64,000 nucleotides of DNA. Origin: Thermoproteota archaeon. GTDB taxonomy: Archaea; Thermoproteota; Thermoprotei; Gearchaeales; Gearchaeaceae. The stretch's first letter is position 1. Every line of letters starts with the position of its first letter. Location: positions 5,925 to 69,924 of the forward strand of contig JAVVGF010000001.1 in assembly GCA_032249235.1 (NCBI GenBank), given 5' to 3'. Under the pieces are notes generated by a model that worked only from the letters and a program-made list of their open reading frames with translations, did no database searches and was not told the origin of the DNA. Both the position numbers and the translations under genes were made by a program. Shown one piece after another: positions 1 through 8,270 of this stretch.

Positions 1-380
1 TTATAAGTTTCGAAAATTACTTTATTCTTGTCATTAAGTATTAATATAGCTTTGCTGAAATTTTCTCTTGCAATTTCATCAATATCTCCTAAATACATGT
101 TAGCTACTTTCCATTCATCTTTCAACTTCCATGTTGCGACTAAATGAACCTTTCCCCTTACTTCAATTATCCTTATCTTATCTAAATATTCATCATTTAC
201 ATCAATCGGTAAATAAACAAAAGAATCTTCTTCTCCAAAAATCCTTCCTTTTATTAAATATCCTTCCTTCTCTAATTTATCTAAAATTGAATTTAATTCT
301 TCGCCTTTAGCTTTGAGGATTTCACTTAGCTCCTCAACGCTTAATACCCTTCTAATTTTTGTTAATTCCTGTAAATTCAT
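1..380 (-). CDS. hypothetical winged-helix-like protein, C-terminus cut by window edge (absent from supplied ORF track)
   Basis: My own translation of the minus strand from ATG at 380-378: MNLQELTKIRRVLSVEELSEILKAKGEELNSILDKLEKEGYLIKGRIFGEEDSFVYLP... The frame stays open to position 1. The N-terminal 60 aa look like a winged helix. No family recognised. Confidence 0.5.
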   Translation of the reverse strand, partial: MNLQELTKIRRVLSVEELSEILKAKGEELNSILDKLEKEGYLIKGRIFGEEDSFVYLPIDVNDEYLDKIRIIEVRGKVHLVATWKLKDEWKVANMYLGDIDEIARENFSKAILILNDKNKVIFETY

Positions 381-446
381 TATACTCTATTATACAATGA
401 AAATAAATAGGTTAGTAGCTTGAATGAAATGCTATAGCTTGAAGAA

Positions 447-1091
447 TTAAACTGTGCTGATTTGCTTTAAAGCTTTTCTATATTCGAGGATTTTTGATTT
501 GAATGTTCTCGCAGCAGCTTCTGGATCTTCAGCTTTCAATATCGCTGAGATTACAGCTATGCCATCTACGCCTTTGGACAAAACTTGTTCAACATTCTTC
601 AAATTTATGCCTCCTGAAGCGAATACAGGAATCTTAAGTCTTCTCTTTGCTTCTGCAACGACACTTAAAGGAACTATTTCGCAACTATCAACACTTGAAG
701 TTGGGAAGCATGCACAGAAAGAAATGTAATCAGCTCCTACTTTTTCAGCCCAAATAGCTCTTTCTAAATTGTTACCTATTGTATAGCCTACAATCATATC
801 CTTCCTTATTTTTTTGACATCTGAAGGCAAAATATCATAATTATCAAAATGAACGCCATCGGCACCTAGTTCTAAGGCTAAATTATGATCGTTATTGATT
901 ATCAACAACGCATCATACTTTCTAGCAAGATTCAATAATTCTTTTCCTAATATCTTAGCTTCTTCTATGCTTTTCCAATTAGACCAGAGTTGCAGAATAT
1001 CGACGCCGCCTTTCAAAGCTTTTTCAACTCTTTTTAGCAATTCTTCTTTTTCTATACTTGCATCAACTACTAGATACAATCCTCCTTTCAT
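447..1091 (-). CDS. thiE: thiamine-phosphate synthase (TMP-TENI/ThiE family)
   Basis: 214 aa. LYLVVD start, GGVDILQLW, LIINND, GADGVHF, GADYISF and PVFASGGI...GVDGIAVISAI are colinear with ThiE TIM-barrel motifs. Confidence 0.85.
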   Translation of the reverse strand: MKGGLYLVVDASIEKEELLKRVEKALKGGVDILQLWSNWKSIEEAKILGKELLNLARKYDALLIINNDHNLALELGADGVHFDNYDILPSDVKKIRKDMIVGYTIGNNLERAIWAEKVGADYISFCACFPTSSVDSCEIVPLSVVAEAKRRLKIPVFASGGINLKNVEQVLSKGVDGIAVISAILKAEDPEAAARTFKSKILEYRKALKQISTV

Positions 1092-1117
1092 CGTTAATGA
1101 ACTAATTTAACTTCGAT

Positions 1118-2161
1118 TTATTTGTTTCTAAATTCCCTCCAGAATGCTTCCCAATAAGGATCTATATCAACACTTTCAATCATGATTTTTTTGTTATCTT
1201 CAATCAACCATCTTCCATAACTTTTATCTTTAATTTCTCCGATCTCGAATGCCTTTATTCCTTCTTTTTTTAATTCTTTTATCAAATCTTCAGCATAATT
1301 TTTTTCAACACAGCAAAGTAATCCTCCTTCGTTCAAAGATTTTAGAGGATCTATTTTGAACAGCTCGCAAACTGCTTTTATATCTTCATCGATTTCTATT
1401 TTATCTTTATATACTACGACTCCTTTTTCTGAAGCTTCACAAAGCTCATATATAGCGCCCAGGAGGCCTCCTTCTGTACAATCATGCATAGCATGAACAA
1501 CCTTTCTAAGACCCAATTTAGCTGCAGTTAAGCTATCTTTTACTGTTGAAAATGAATATAGCATATCGCTTAGTTTCTTTTGAACTCTAGTTCCTAGTTC
1601 TTTTTCAACTTTTTCTTTGAAAACCCTTGCAAGTATTGAAGATGCGGAGATAGCAACTCCTTTTGTTAGTATCAATGCGTCTCCTTCTTTAGCCATCGAG
1701 CTAGATACATATTCATCTTTTTTTGCAAAGCTAAACATTACGCCTCCGCCAACTACAGTGAAATTACATCCTTCATATTTTCCAGTATGTCCGCCTATGA
1801 TTGCAATTCCTAATTTTTCCATTTCTTCATGTATTGAATTCCAGTATATTTCGAAATCTGAATAGCTCAATTGAGGAGGTAAATTATAATCAAGGACTGC
1901 AAATTGCGGAGCTACACCTGATGTTGCGAGATCTGAAGCAAGCAAATGAACTGTTATCCATGCTGATTCTTTTAATCCCAATGATGGAATGATCGATAGA
2001 GGATCTGAAGTGATGAGCAAAACGTTTTCTTCATCTATTTTAACAGCAGCGAAGTCTCCTCCAAGCTTTGGACCTAAAATAACTTTTTCATTACTTTTCC
2101 CTAATTTTTTGAATATTACTTCTTTCAAAAACCTTTGACTGGCTTTACCTAATTCACTCAT
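1118..2161 (-). CDS. PurM-superfamily (AIR synthase-related) ATP-dependent enzyme; ThiL candidate only by context
   Basis: 347 aa. GGDFAAVKI...LLITSDPL...HLLASDLATSGVAP...IIGGHTG pattern is shared by PurM/ThiL/HypE/SelD-like proteins. Overlaps the upstream methyltransferase by 8 nt and sits 26 nt upstream of thiE. Confidence 0.6.
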   Translation of the reverse strand: MSELGKASQRFLKEVIFKKLGKSNEKVILGPKLGGDFAAVKIDEENVLLITSDPLSIIPSLGLKESAWITVHLLASDLATSGVAPQFAVLDYNLPPQLSYSDFEIYWNSIHEEMEKLGIAIIGGHTGKYEGCNFTVVGGGVMFSFAKKDEYVSSSMAKEGDALILTKGVAISASSILARVFKEKVEKELGTRVQKKLSDMLYSFSTVKDSLTAAKLGLRKVVHAMHDCTEGGLLGAIYELCEASEKGVVVYKDKIEIDEDIKAVCELFKIDPLKSLNEGGLLCCVEKNYAEDLIKELKKEGIKAFEIGEIKDKSYGRWLIEDNKKIMIESVDIDPYWEAFWREFRNK

Positions 2162-2822
2162 TCCTTGTTTTCACCCCTAAGCAAAGGAAAGCTCCGAAAG
2201 GGAATTTTCTTGACTTAAGACTTCCAAATATCTTTGGAAAGGCTGTAGTATCCCAATACACTATTTTGAAATTGTTGTTCAATGCATTTTTTAGTTTTTT
2301 CTTTATTCCTAAAATTGAATAAAAAGTAGTATTAATATAGTATGGATTTTTGCCTAACGCAATTTGTATCATTCTTCTCAAAGTAGGTAAGCTCCATTTA
2401 TTCATTAAGCCTATTATTAAGCCTTTTCTTGAAACTCTTGTAGCCTCCTTTATTACTTCTTCCAACCTAGGCATATATTCCATACATGTTATGAAGGCAA
2501 TAGCATCGAAAGATCTATCTCTAAAAGGCAAATAATGTGCTTCTCCTTGAACTAAATCTCCTCTCCATCTCTTTTTAGCTTCCTTTAGCATTAGTGGCGA
2601 AATATCCATACCTACAGCGTATAGATTGAAATTTTTCTCAAACCATCTAGTAAAATAGCTCGTTCCACATCCAACTTCGAGTAAACTTTCAGCATTTCCC
2701 AATTCTTTTAATGCTTTGCTCAATAGTTCTTTTTCAAGTTCTACTACTTTTTTGTATTTTGTTTCATAGAAACTCTCATAATTCTCGACATATTCTTTTC
2801 TTAAAAACCAAGGCAGACTCAT
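2154..2822 (-). CDS. class I SAM-dependent methyltransferase
   Basis: 222 aa. Motif I LLEVGCGTSYFTRWF, followed by an acidic GMDIS strand and a post-I/II pattern. First gene of the minus-strand operon ending in thiE. Confidence 0.75.
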   Translation of the reverse strand: MSLPWFLRKEYVENYESFYETKYKKVVELEKELLSKALKELGNAESLLEVGCGTSYFTRWFEKNFNLYAVGMDISPLMLKEAKKRWRGDLVQGEAHYLPFRDRSFDAIAFITCMEYMPRLEEVIKEATRVSRKGLIIGLMNKWSLPTLRRMIQIALGKNPYYINTTFYSILGIKKKLKNALNNNFKIVYWDTTAFPKIFGSLKSRKFPFGAFLCLGVKTRNE

Positions 2823-2860
2823 TAATATACACTAATAAGTCAGTTTATAAATTAGTTATT
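2823..2860. promoter_or_regulatory. shared divergent promoter/operator region between the methyltransferase-thiE operon and the thiR-like gene
   Basis: 38-nt spacer. TATA-like TTTATAAA (2844-2851) lies about 26 nt from the minus-strand ATG (2822). TTAATATA (2822-2829) lies about 35 nt from the plus-strand ATG (2861), implying leaderless or very short leaders. Inverted repeat ACTAAT (2831-2836) / ATTAGT (2851-2856). Confidence 0.35.
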
Positions 2861-3808
2861 ATGTTATATCCTGAGGAATTATTCATTAAAGATATTTTAC
2901 CTAATTTCAGAATTGTTTTGGCAAAAAAACTAATAGAGAAAGGATATTCACAATCTAAAATAGCTAAGCTTATAGGCGTAACGCAAGCAAGGGTTAACAC
3001 ATATGCCAAAGCTGACTTGAAAAAAGCATTAGATAAGATTGAAGAGATTGGCTTCAATATAGAAGAATTCAACTCTTTAATCGATTCGATTGTCAATGAA
3101 CAATCTTTAGATGCAATATTCATACTTAGGAATCTTAGAAATTATTTCCTTTCATCTTTAACTTCTGGCTTATTGTGTAAATATCACATTAAAGTAGCTA
3201 ACTTAAGTCCTTATTGTGATGTATGTTTAAAATATAAAGAAGTCTCGAGCTTAACTGAAAGATTGAAAATGATGCAAGAGATTAAAAAAGCCGTTGAAAA
3301 TTTAGTTTCTTCAAAAGAATTCTTCTTTTTAATTCCAGAAGTATATACAAACTTGGCTTATTCACTACCAAATCCTCAAGGAATAAATGATGTTTTATCT
3401 TTTCCAGGAAGAATAATAAAGTTCAAGAATGCTGTGAAAATAATTTCAGAACCTGAATTCGGGGCTTCTAAGCATATAGCTAACATGTTAATAGAAGCAA
3501 ATAAGAAAAATCAGGAGATAAGGGCTTGTCTCTGCATAAAGTATGATGAAAATATTTTAAGGATAATTAAATCACTTAGATACTCTTTTGCCTTCAACTA
3601 TAAGAAGAAGAAAATTTATCAAGATCCTGTAGTGGAAGCTTTCAAGGAATTCTTGAAGAATAATCCTGTGCCACAGATATTGATAGATAAAGGAGGAAAG
3701 GGATTAGAACCTGTATGTTATATATTTGGCAGAAATCCTTCAGAAGTAGTTAGTATAGCCTTGAGTATTTCTAAAAGTTATTTCGAGCGAGTAATAGTTG
3801 CGATATAG
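2861..3808 (+). CDS. thiR: HTH + ThiN-domain protein, ThiR-like thiamine regulator
   Basis: The track ORF starts at 2711, but its first 50 codons are hydrophobic read-through antisense to the methyltransferase, so I use ATG 2861. N-terminal HTH (GYSQSKIAKLIGVTQARV). C-terminal ThiN motifs IPEVYTNLAYSL, SFPGRI, PEFGASKHIA and IDKGGKGLEPVCYIFGRNPSEVV. Confidence 0.7.
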   Translation: MLYPEELFIKDILPNFRIVLAKKLIEKGYSQSKIAKLIGVTQARVNTYAKADLKKALDKIEEIGFNIEEFNSLIDSIVNEQSLDAIFILRNLRNYFLSSLTSGLLCKYHIKVANLSPYCDVCLKYKEVSSLTERLKMMQEIKKAVENLVSSKEFFFLIPEVYTNLAYSLPNPQGINDVLSFPGRIIKFKNAVKIISEPEFGASKHIANMLIEANKKNQEIRACLCIKYDENILRIIKSLRYSFAFNYKKKKIYQDPVVEAFKEFLKNNPVPQILIDKGGKGLEPVCYIFGRNPSEVVSIALSISKSYFERVIVAI

Positions 3809-3842
3809 TTTTAAATTTGTATTTTTTTAAAGAAATAGCATC

Positions 3843-4691
3843 ATGATAAGAAAAGTTGTAATACCTGCTGCAGGCTTAGGTACTAGATTATTATCTGTAA
3901 CAAAAGAACTGCCTAAAGAAATGCTACCGATATTTTATAGAAACTCAAATGGTGATATTTATCTAAAGCCAATCTTACAAGTCATTTTTGAACAGTTTTA
4001 TAAAGAAGGATTTAGGGAATTTTGCTTTATCGTAGGTAGAGGAAAAAGGGCTGTAGAAGATCATTTCACTCCTGATTTTTCATTTCTTTCGTTGCTAAGA
4101 GAAAGGGGAAAAGAGAAAATTGCTAAGATGATGGAGGAATTTTATGAAATGATTCAAGATTGTATAATTGTTTGGATAAATCAACCTGAACCTTTAGGTT
4201 TTGGTCATGCTGTTTATTTATCGAAGAAATTTGTGAGAGACGAACCGTTTATAGTAGCTGCAGGTGATACTGTAGTCCTAACAAAGAACGAATCTCATAT
4301 TAAAAGGTTAATAAATAAGCATCAAAAAGAAGGAGCAATTGCTACTCTTCTTCTTCATGAAGTTGAAGATCCAAGCGAATACGGCGTTGCAATAGTTAAG
4401 GATGAAAAAGTCATAAAGGTGGTTGAAAAACCTAAAGAAAAGATTTCAAATTTAGCAATATTGCCAATATACGTATTTGAGCCAATAATCTTCAATTCTC
4501 TGGAAGCTACTCATAAAGGCCATGGAGGAGAAATCCAGCTAACTGATGCAATACAAAAACTCATATCTTGGGAACTAAAAATAACGTATGAAATTTTAGA
4601 TAAGGAAAGTAAATGCTTAGACATCGGTCATCCAATATTTTATTATAAATCTTTGATTGAATCTTTTGAATCCTCTACTTGGCTTAAATAA
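3843..4691 (+). CDS. galU: UTP--glucose-1-phosphate uridylyltransferase
   Basis: 282 aa. KVVIPAAGLGTRLLSVTKELPKEMLPI N-terminal signature of GalU-type sugar nucleotidyltransferases. Confidence 0.85.
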   Translation: MIRKVVIPAAGLGTRLLSVTKELPKEMLPIFYRNSNGDIYLKPILQVIFEQFYKEGFREFCFIVGRGKRAVEDHFTPDFSFLSLLRERGKEKIAKMMEEFYEMIQDCIIVWINQPEPLGFGHAVYLSKKFVRDEPFIVAAGDTVVLTKNESHIKRLINKHQKEGAIATLLLHEVEDPSEYGVAIVKDEKVIKVVEKPKEKISNLAILPIYVFEPIIFNSLEATHKGHGGEIQLTDAIQKLISWELKITYEILDKESKCLDIGHPIFYYKSLIESFESSTWLK

Positions 4692-4713
4692 TAGTTATTT
4701 CTAATAAGAAAAA

Positions 4714-6012
4714 ATGAAGGTTGGCGTAATAGGAGCAGGATATGCAGGGTTAACTTTAGCATGTCTTGCTGATAAAGGTCATGAAGTTATTTTCATCGAT
4801 GTAGACGAGAATAAGGTTAAAAAAATAAATGAAGGCTTATCTCCTATTTTTGAACCGGGCTTAGATGATATAATTAGAAGAAACATAGGTAAGAGAATAT
4901 GGGCATTCAACGATTATCATAAACTAATTGATTGCGACGTTATTTTCATATGCGTTCCAACACCTTCAAATGATGACGGCTCTATCAACTTATATTATGT
5001 TCGAAATGCAATTGAAAACGTTGCAAAAGTTTTGAAATTCATAAATAAGTTCGTCGTCATCGCTGTTAAGAGCACTGTTTTGCCAGGAACAACGATTTCT
5101 CTAATCCCAATCATTGAAGAAATATCGGGTAAAAAAGCAACAATAGATTTCGGCATTTGCATGAATCCAGAGTTTTTAAAAGAAGGTAGTGCAGTCCGTG
5201 ATTTCTTAAATCCAGATAAAGTAGTCATTGGCATTATCGATGAAAAATCTAAAGAAATCATGCTTGAATTATATAAATGGGTTGATGACAGAGTTCCTAG
5301 AATAGTAACTAATCCAAATACTGCTGAAATGATAAAATATGCACAAAATGCAGCATTAGCTTCGAGAATCTCATTCATAAATGAAATTGCAAACATTTGT
5401 GAAAAGTTCAATGTTGATATATTAGATGTAGCTTATGCGATAGGATTAGATCCTCGTATAGGTCCATATTTCTTGAAAGCTGGTATAGGTTTTGGAGGAA
5501 GTTGCTTACCGAAGGATTTAAAAGCTTTGATTAATGCAGCAGAATCAAAAGGAGTAGATGTGATGGTTTTGAAGTCTATTTTAGAAAGAAATGAGAAGCA
5601 ACCTTATAGAGCAATAGAATTGTTGAAATCTTTCATTCCTAACTTAAAAAATAAAAAGATTGCGCTACTTGGTTTATCTTTTAAATCCAATACAGATGAT
5701 ATAAGAGAATCTTCTGCAATAAAAATAGCTAAGAAGCTAATTGAAGAAGGTGCATATGTTAAAGTCTATGATCCTAAAGCTATGGAGAATGCGAAAAAGG
5801 TTTTAGGAGAAAAAGTAGAATATTGCAAATCAGCTATAGAATGTCTAAAAGATTCTGATGCATGCATTATTGCAACAGATTGGGAAGAATTCAAAGATAT
5901 CCACTATTCAAAATTCAAAATTCCAATAATTGATGGAAGAAGAATATTGGATCGCATTAAAGCTAAAAATTTGGGAAATAGATATAAAGGTATAGGATGG
6001 CCGGCGAATTAG
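4714..6012 (+). CDS. ugd: UDP-glucose/nucleotide-sugar 6-dehydrogenase
   Basis: 432 aa. N-terminal Rossmann VGVIGAGYAGL, catalytic-region GFGGSCLPKD, C-terminal UDP-binding domain pattern. Confidence 0.85.
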   Translation: MKVGVIGAGYAGLTLACLADKGHEVIFIDVDENKVKKINEGLSPIFEPGLDDIIRRNIGKRIWAFNDYHKLIDCDVIFICVPTPSNDDGSINLYYVRNAIENVAKVLKFINKFVVIAVKSTVLPGTTISLIPIIEEISGKKATIDFGICMNPEFLKEGSAVRDFLNPDKVVIGIIDEKSKEIMLELYKWVDDRVPRIVTNPNTAEMIKYAQNAALASRISFINEIANICEKFNVDILDVAYAIGLDPRIGPYFLKAGIGFGGSCLPKDLKALINAAESKGVDVMVLKSILERNEKQPYRAIELLKSFIPNLKNKKIALLGLSFKSNTDDIRESSAIKIAKKLIEEGAYVKVYDPKAMENAKKVLGEKVEYCKSAIECLKDSDACIIATDWEEFKDIHYSKFKIPIIDGRRILDRIKAKNLGNRYKGIGWPAN

Positions 6013-6413
6013 AAGATGAGGAGTTGAAAAGAATTCTTGAAAAGAAATATAGAGAAATATTAAAAGAATTCGAAAAACCTAAGCTAAAATATGGAAAACC
6101 TATTGTTTTAAATTCGAATAATTTTGATGAATATATACAAAAAGCAAAAATTGCTATTATAGATTTTTGGGCTGAATGGTGTATGCCATGTAAAATTATT
6201 GCACCTATAATTGAAGAATTAGCAAGAGAATATCCTGATGTATTATTTGGAAAAGTAAATGTTGATGAAAATCCAGATTTAGCAGAAAGATTTTATGTTT
6301 CAGCAATACCTACATTAATTCTTTTTAAAAATGGTGAATATCAAGATAGAATCGTTGGCGTTGTTCCAAAGATAAAACTTCAAAAACTTATTGATAGCTA
6401 TCTCAGTATTTAA
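5997..6413 (+). CDS. trx: thioredoxin
   Basis: 138 aa. WAEWCMPCK active site (CxxC) and cis-Pro region AIPTLILF. About 30-aa charged N-terminal extension. Overlaps the ugd end by 16 nt. Confidence 0.85.
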   Translation: MAGELEDEELKRILEKKYREILKEFEKPKLKYGKPIVLNSNNFDEYIQKAKIAIIDFWAEWCMPCKIIAPIIEELAREYPDVLFGKVNVDENPDLAERFYVSAIPTLILFKNGEYQDRIVGVVPKIKLQKLIDSYLSI

Positions 6414-6428
6414 ACTTCATCTTTTTTA
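6414..6428 (+). terminator. T-tract candidate terminator after trx
   Basis: T6 run at 6422-6427, immediately after the TAA stop at 6411-6413. Archaeal termination commonly uses oligo-T. Confidence 0.3.
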
Positions 6429-6503
6429 TAGGGATGTATACATAAATCTATAAATCAAAAAAGAAAAGATTTATAAATAAGTTCTTTTAGAAAATATACA
6501 ACT

Positions 6504-6818
6504 ATGTCAGCACAAGCAAAAACTGAAAAGGAAGAAGCAAAAGTATATGTAAAAGGTAAATGGTTAACAGTAAAAGAAGTATCTCAAAGTTATGGTAAAC
6601 CACTAACTGCAACCGCAATTGAAATTTTAAAATGGTTAAGAGAAAAAGGAGAACCTGTATATTTCTTAGATTTTGTTAAAGAATTAAATCTAAATAAAAT
6701 TACAGCATATTATACTTTAAGAAAACTTGAAGCAAAAGGTTTAATAGTAAGAATAGGTAAAAGAAACGCTCTTATAGGATTAACTCAAAAAGGTTTTGAA
6801 GAAAGTCAGAAAGCTTAA
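6504..6818 (+). CDS. small Lys-rich winged-helix DNA-binding protein, family not recognised
   Basis: 104 aa. ...AIEILKWLREKGEPVYFLDFVKELNLNKITAYYTLRKLEAKGLIVRIG looks like a wHTH (helix-turn-helix plus wing). Preceded by a 90-nt AT-rich spacer with repeated ATAAATC. Confidence 0.45.
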   Translation: MSAQAKTEKEEAKVYVKGKWLTVKEVSQSYGKPLTATAIEILKWLREKGEPVYFLDFVKELNLNKITAYYTLRKLEAKGLIVRIGKRNALIGLTQKGFEESQKA

Positions 6819-6842
6819 AAATAATTTAATTTAAATTTTTTT

Positions 6843-7532
6843 ATGTTACCTATTTCTGAGATATTCTATTCTATTCAAGGCGAGGGCTTAAATCTAGGAA
6901 GACCTTCGATTTTCATTAGGCTTTATTATTGTAATCTTTATTGTTCTTGGTGCGATACTAAATATACTTGGTTGAATCAAGAGAAAGCTAAAGAGGGCAT
7001 TGATTATTTTCTAATGGATAATGAAGTAATTTATAAAGCAATTTCAAGCTATCCTGCTAACAATGTAGTGATAACAGGTGGCGAACCTCTTTTACATCAA
7101 TCGAAATTGGTTGATTTGATCAAATTACTTAAAACTAAAAACTATAGTGTAGAAATAGAAACGAATGGAACGATCATGCCTAAGGCAGATTTGATCGATA
7201 AAGTAGATTTATTTACAGTTTCCCCTAAGTTAGCAAATTCAGGAGTTAAATACGAACATAGAATAAGAAAGGATGTTTTAAAGTTATTCTCATCACTTGA
7301 AAATGCTGTGTTTAAATTTGTAATACAAGAGAAAGAAGATATCGAAGAGGTTTTATCGCTCGTTAAAGAATTAGGAATAAAAAATGAAAAGATATTTTTA
7401 ATGCCTGAAGGAACTGACCCATCGATATTGCTATCAAGGTCTTCATGGCTTGTTGAAATATGTAAGGAATTCAATTTTAAATTTAGTCCAAGACTCCATA
7501 TCATGATTTGGGGCAATAAAAGAGGGGTTTAG
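6843..7532 (+). CDS. queE: 7-carboxy-7-deazaguanine synthase (radical SAM)
   Basis: 229 aa. SIQGEG..GRPSIFIRL.YCNLYCSWCDT (CxxxCxxC) and VVITGGEPL are typical of QueE. Confidence 0.85.
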   Translation: MLPISEIFYSIQGEGLNLGRPSIFIRLYYCNLYCSWCDTKYTWLNQEKAKEGIDYFLMDNEVIYKAISSYPANNVVITGGEPLLHQSKLVDLIKLLKTKNYSVEIETNGTIMPKADLIDKVDLFTVSPKLANSGVKYEHRIRKDVLKLFSSLENAVFKFVIQEKEDIEEVLSLVKELGIKNEKIFLMPEGTDPSILLSRSSWLVEICKEFNFKFSPRLHIMIWGNKRGV

Positions 7533-8242
7533 TAAGGAAGATTGTATTTCTTTTTAAATTCTCTTTGTACTACCTTACCTAGATCATTATATATTAAAAT
7601 GATGAAATACAAGCTTAAAGCAGCTAATATAATACCTAATATTGAAAGATAACTTTGATTATAAATTATACCAAAGATGTAAAAAAGTAAAGGTCTTAAG
7701 TAACCATCGACAGTTTCTATAGTATCAAAAGTAAAGTATAATACCACAAAGAATCCTATCAATGAAATTAAAAAAAATGAATGTCTAGATAAGTCATTTT
7801 CATTTAAATCTTTACTTAATGAATAAAAGGATAAGACTAAGGAAAGTATTAATATAGATGCTATTATCAATAAAATCCTTAATATAAATATTCCAACTGC
7901 TACGCTATTCATTAGAGGATTTTTAAAAATAACATTTATGATATCATAACTGAATCCTACATATGAAAGTAATATTATGAACTCTACAATGAATAAAATG
8001 CTGAAAATAATAATTAAAATACCTGTTATTAAATAACTAATTCTATAACGTGTTTTTTCCTTTGATATCGAGAAAAATCCTCTAGCAATTTCTATGAAGC
8101 TCGCGAAAATTAAAACTTCTCCAAGAACTGGAGAACCAGGTATAGGTAAACCTATGAATATAACTGCTAATAAAAATATGCCTATGCCGAGAGTGATCTT
8201 TGTAAGTTTATTTAATATTGCATCTCCACTTAATCCTTGCAT
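7529..8242 (-). CDS. polytopic membrane protein, unknown function
   Basis: 237 aa with about 6-7 hydrophobic helices and no recognisable motif. Convergent 4-nt overlap with queE. Confidence 0.5.
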   Translation of the reverse strand: MQGLSGDAILNKLTKITLGIGIFLLAVIFIGLPIPGSPVLGEVLIFASFIEIARGFFSISKEKTRYRISYLITGILIIIFSILFIVEFIILLSYVGFSYDIINVIFKNPLMNSVAVGIFILRILLIIASILILSLVLSFYSLSKDLNENDLSRHSFFLISLIGFFVVLYFTFDTIETVDGYLRPLLFYIFGIIYNQSYLSILGIILAALSLYFIILIYNDLGKVVQREFKKKYNLPY

Positions 8243-8270
8243 ACCTAACTCCTTCTATCTTTATTCAAAT

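Noticed and set aside
2711-2860. Upstream extension of the thiR-like ORF (track start 2711).
   Set aside because: The extra 50 codons overlap the methyltransferase 5' end in antisense and translate to hydrophobic nonsense (MLCSIVLFQVLLLFCILF...). The HTH domain begins right after ATG 2861.
2823-2860. TPP riboswitch upstream of the thiamine operon.
   Set aside because: The spacer is only 38 nt and the mRNAs appear leaderless. No CUGAGA or ACCUGAUCUGGAUAAUGCCAGCG-like elements are present.
4995-5411. Long antisense ORFs in the supplied track: 4995-5411, 7142-7516, 21915-22331, 27812-28273, 41633-42025, 60447-60791, and the many 60-100-aa ones.
   Set aside because: Each lies entirely inside a strongly supported gene on the opposite strand. 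Their translations are low-complexity (Ser/Phe/Ile/Leu-rich) with no motifs. This is typical of shadow frames opposite Lys/Glu/Ile-rich coding sequence.
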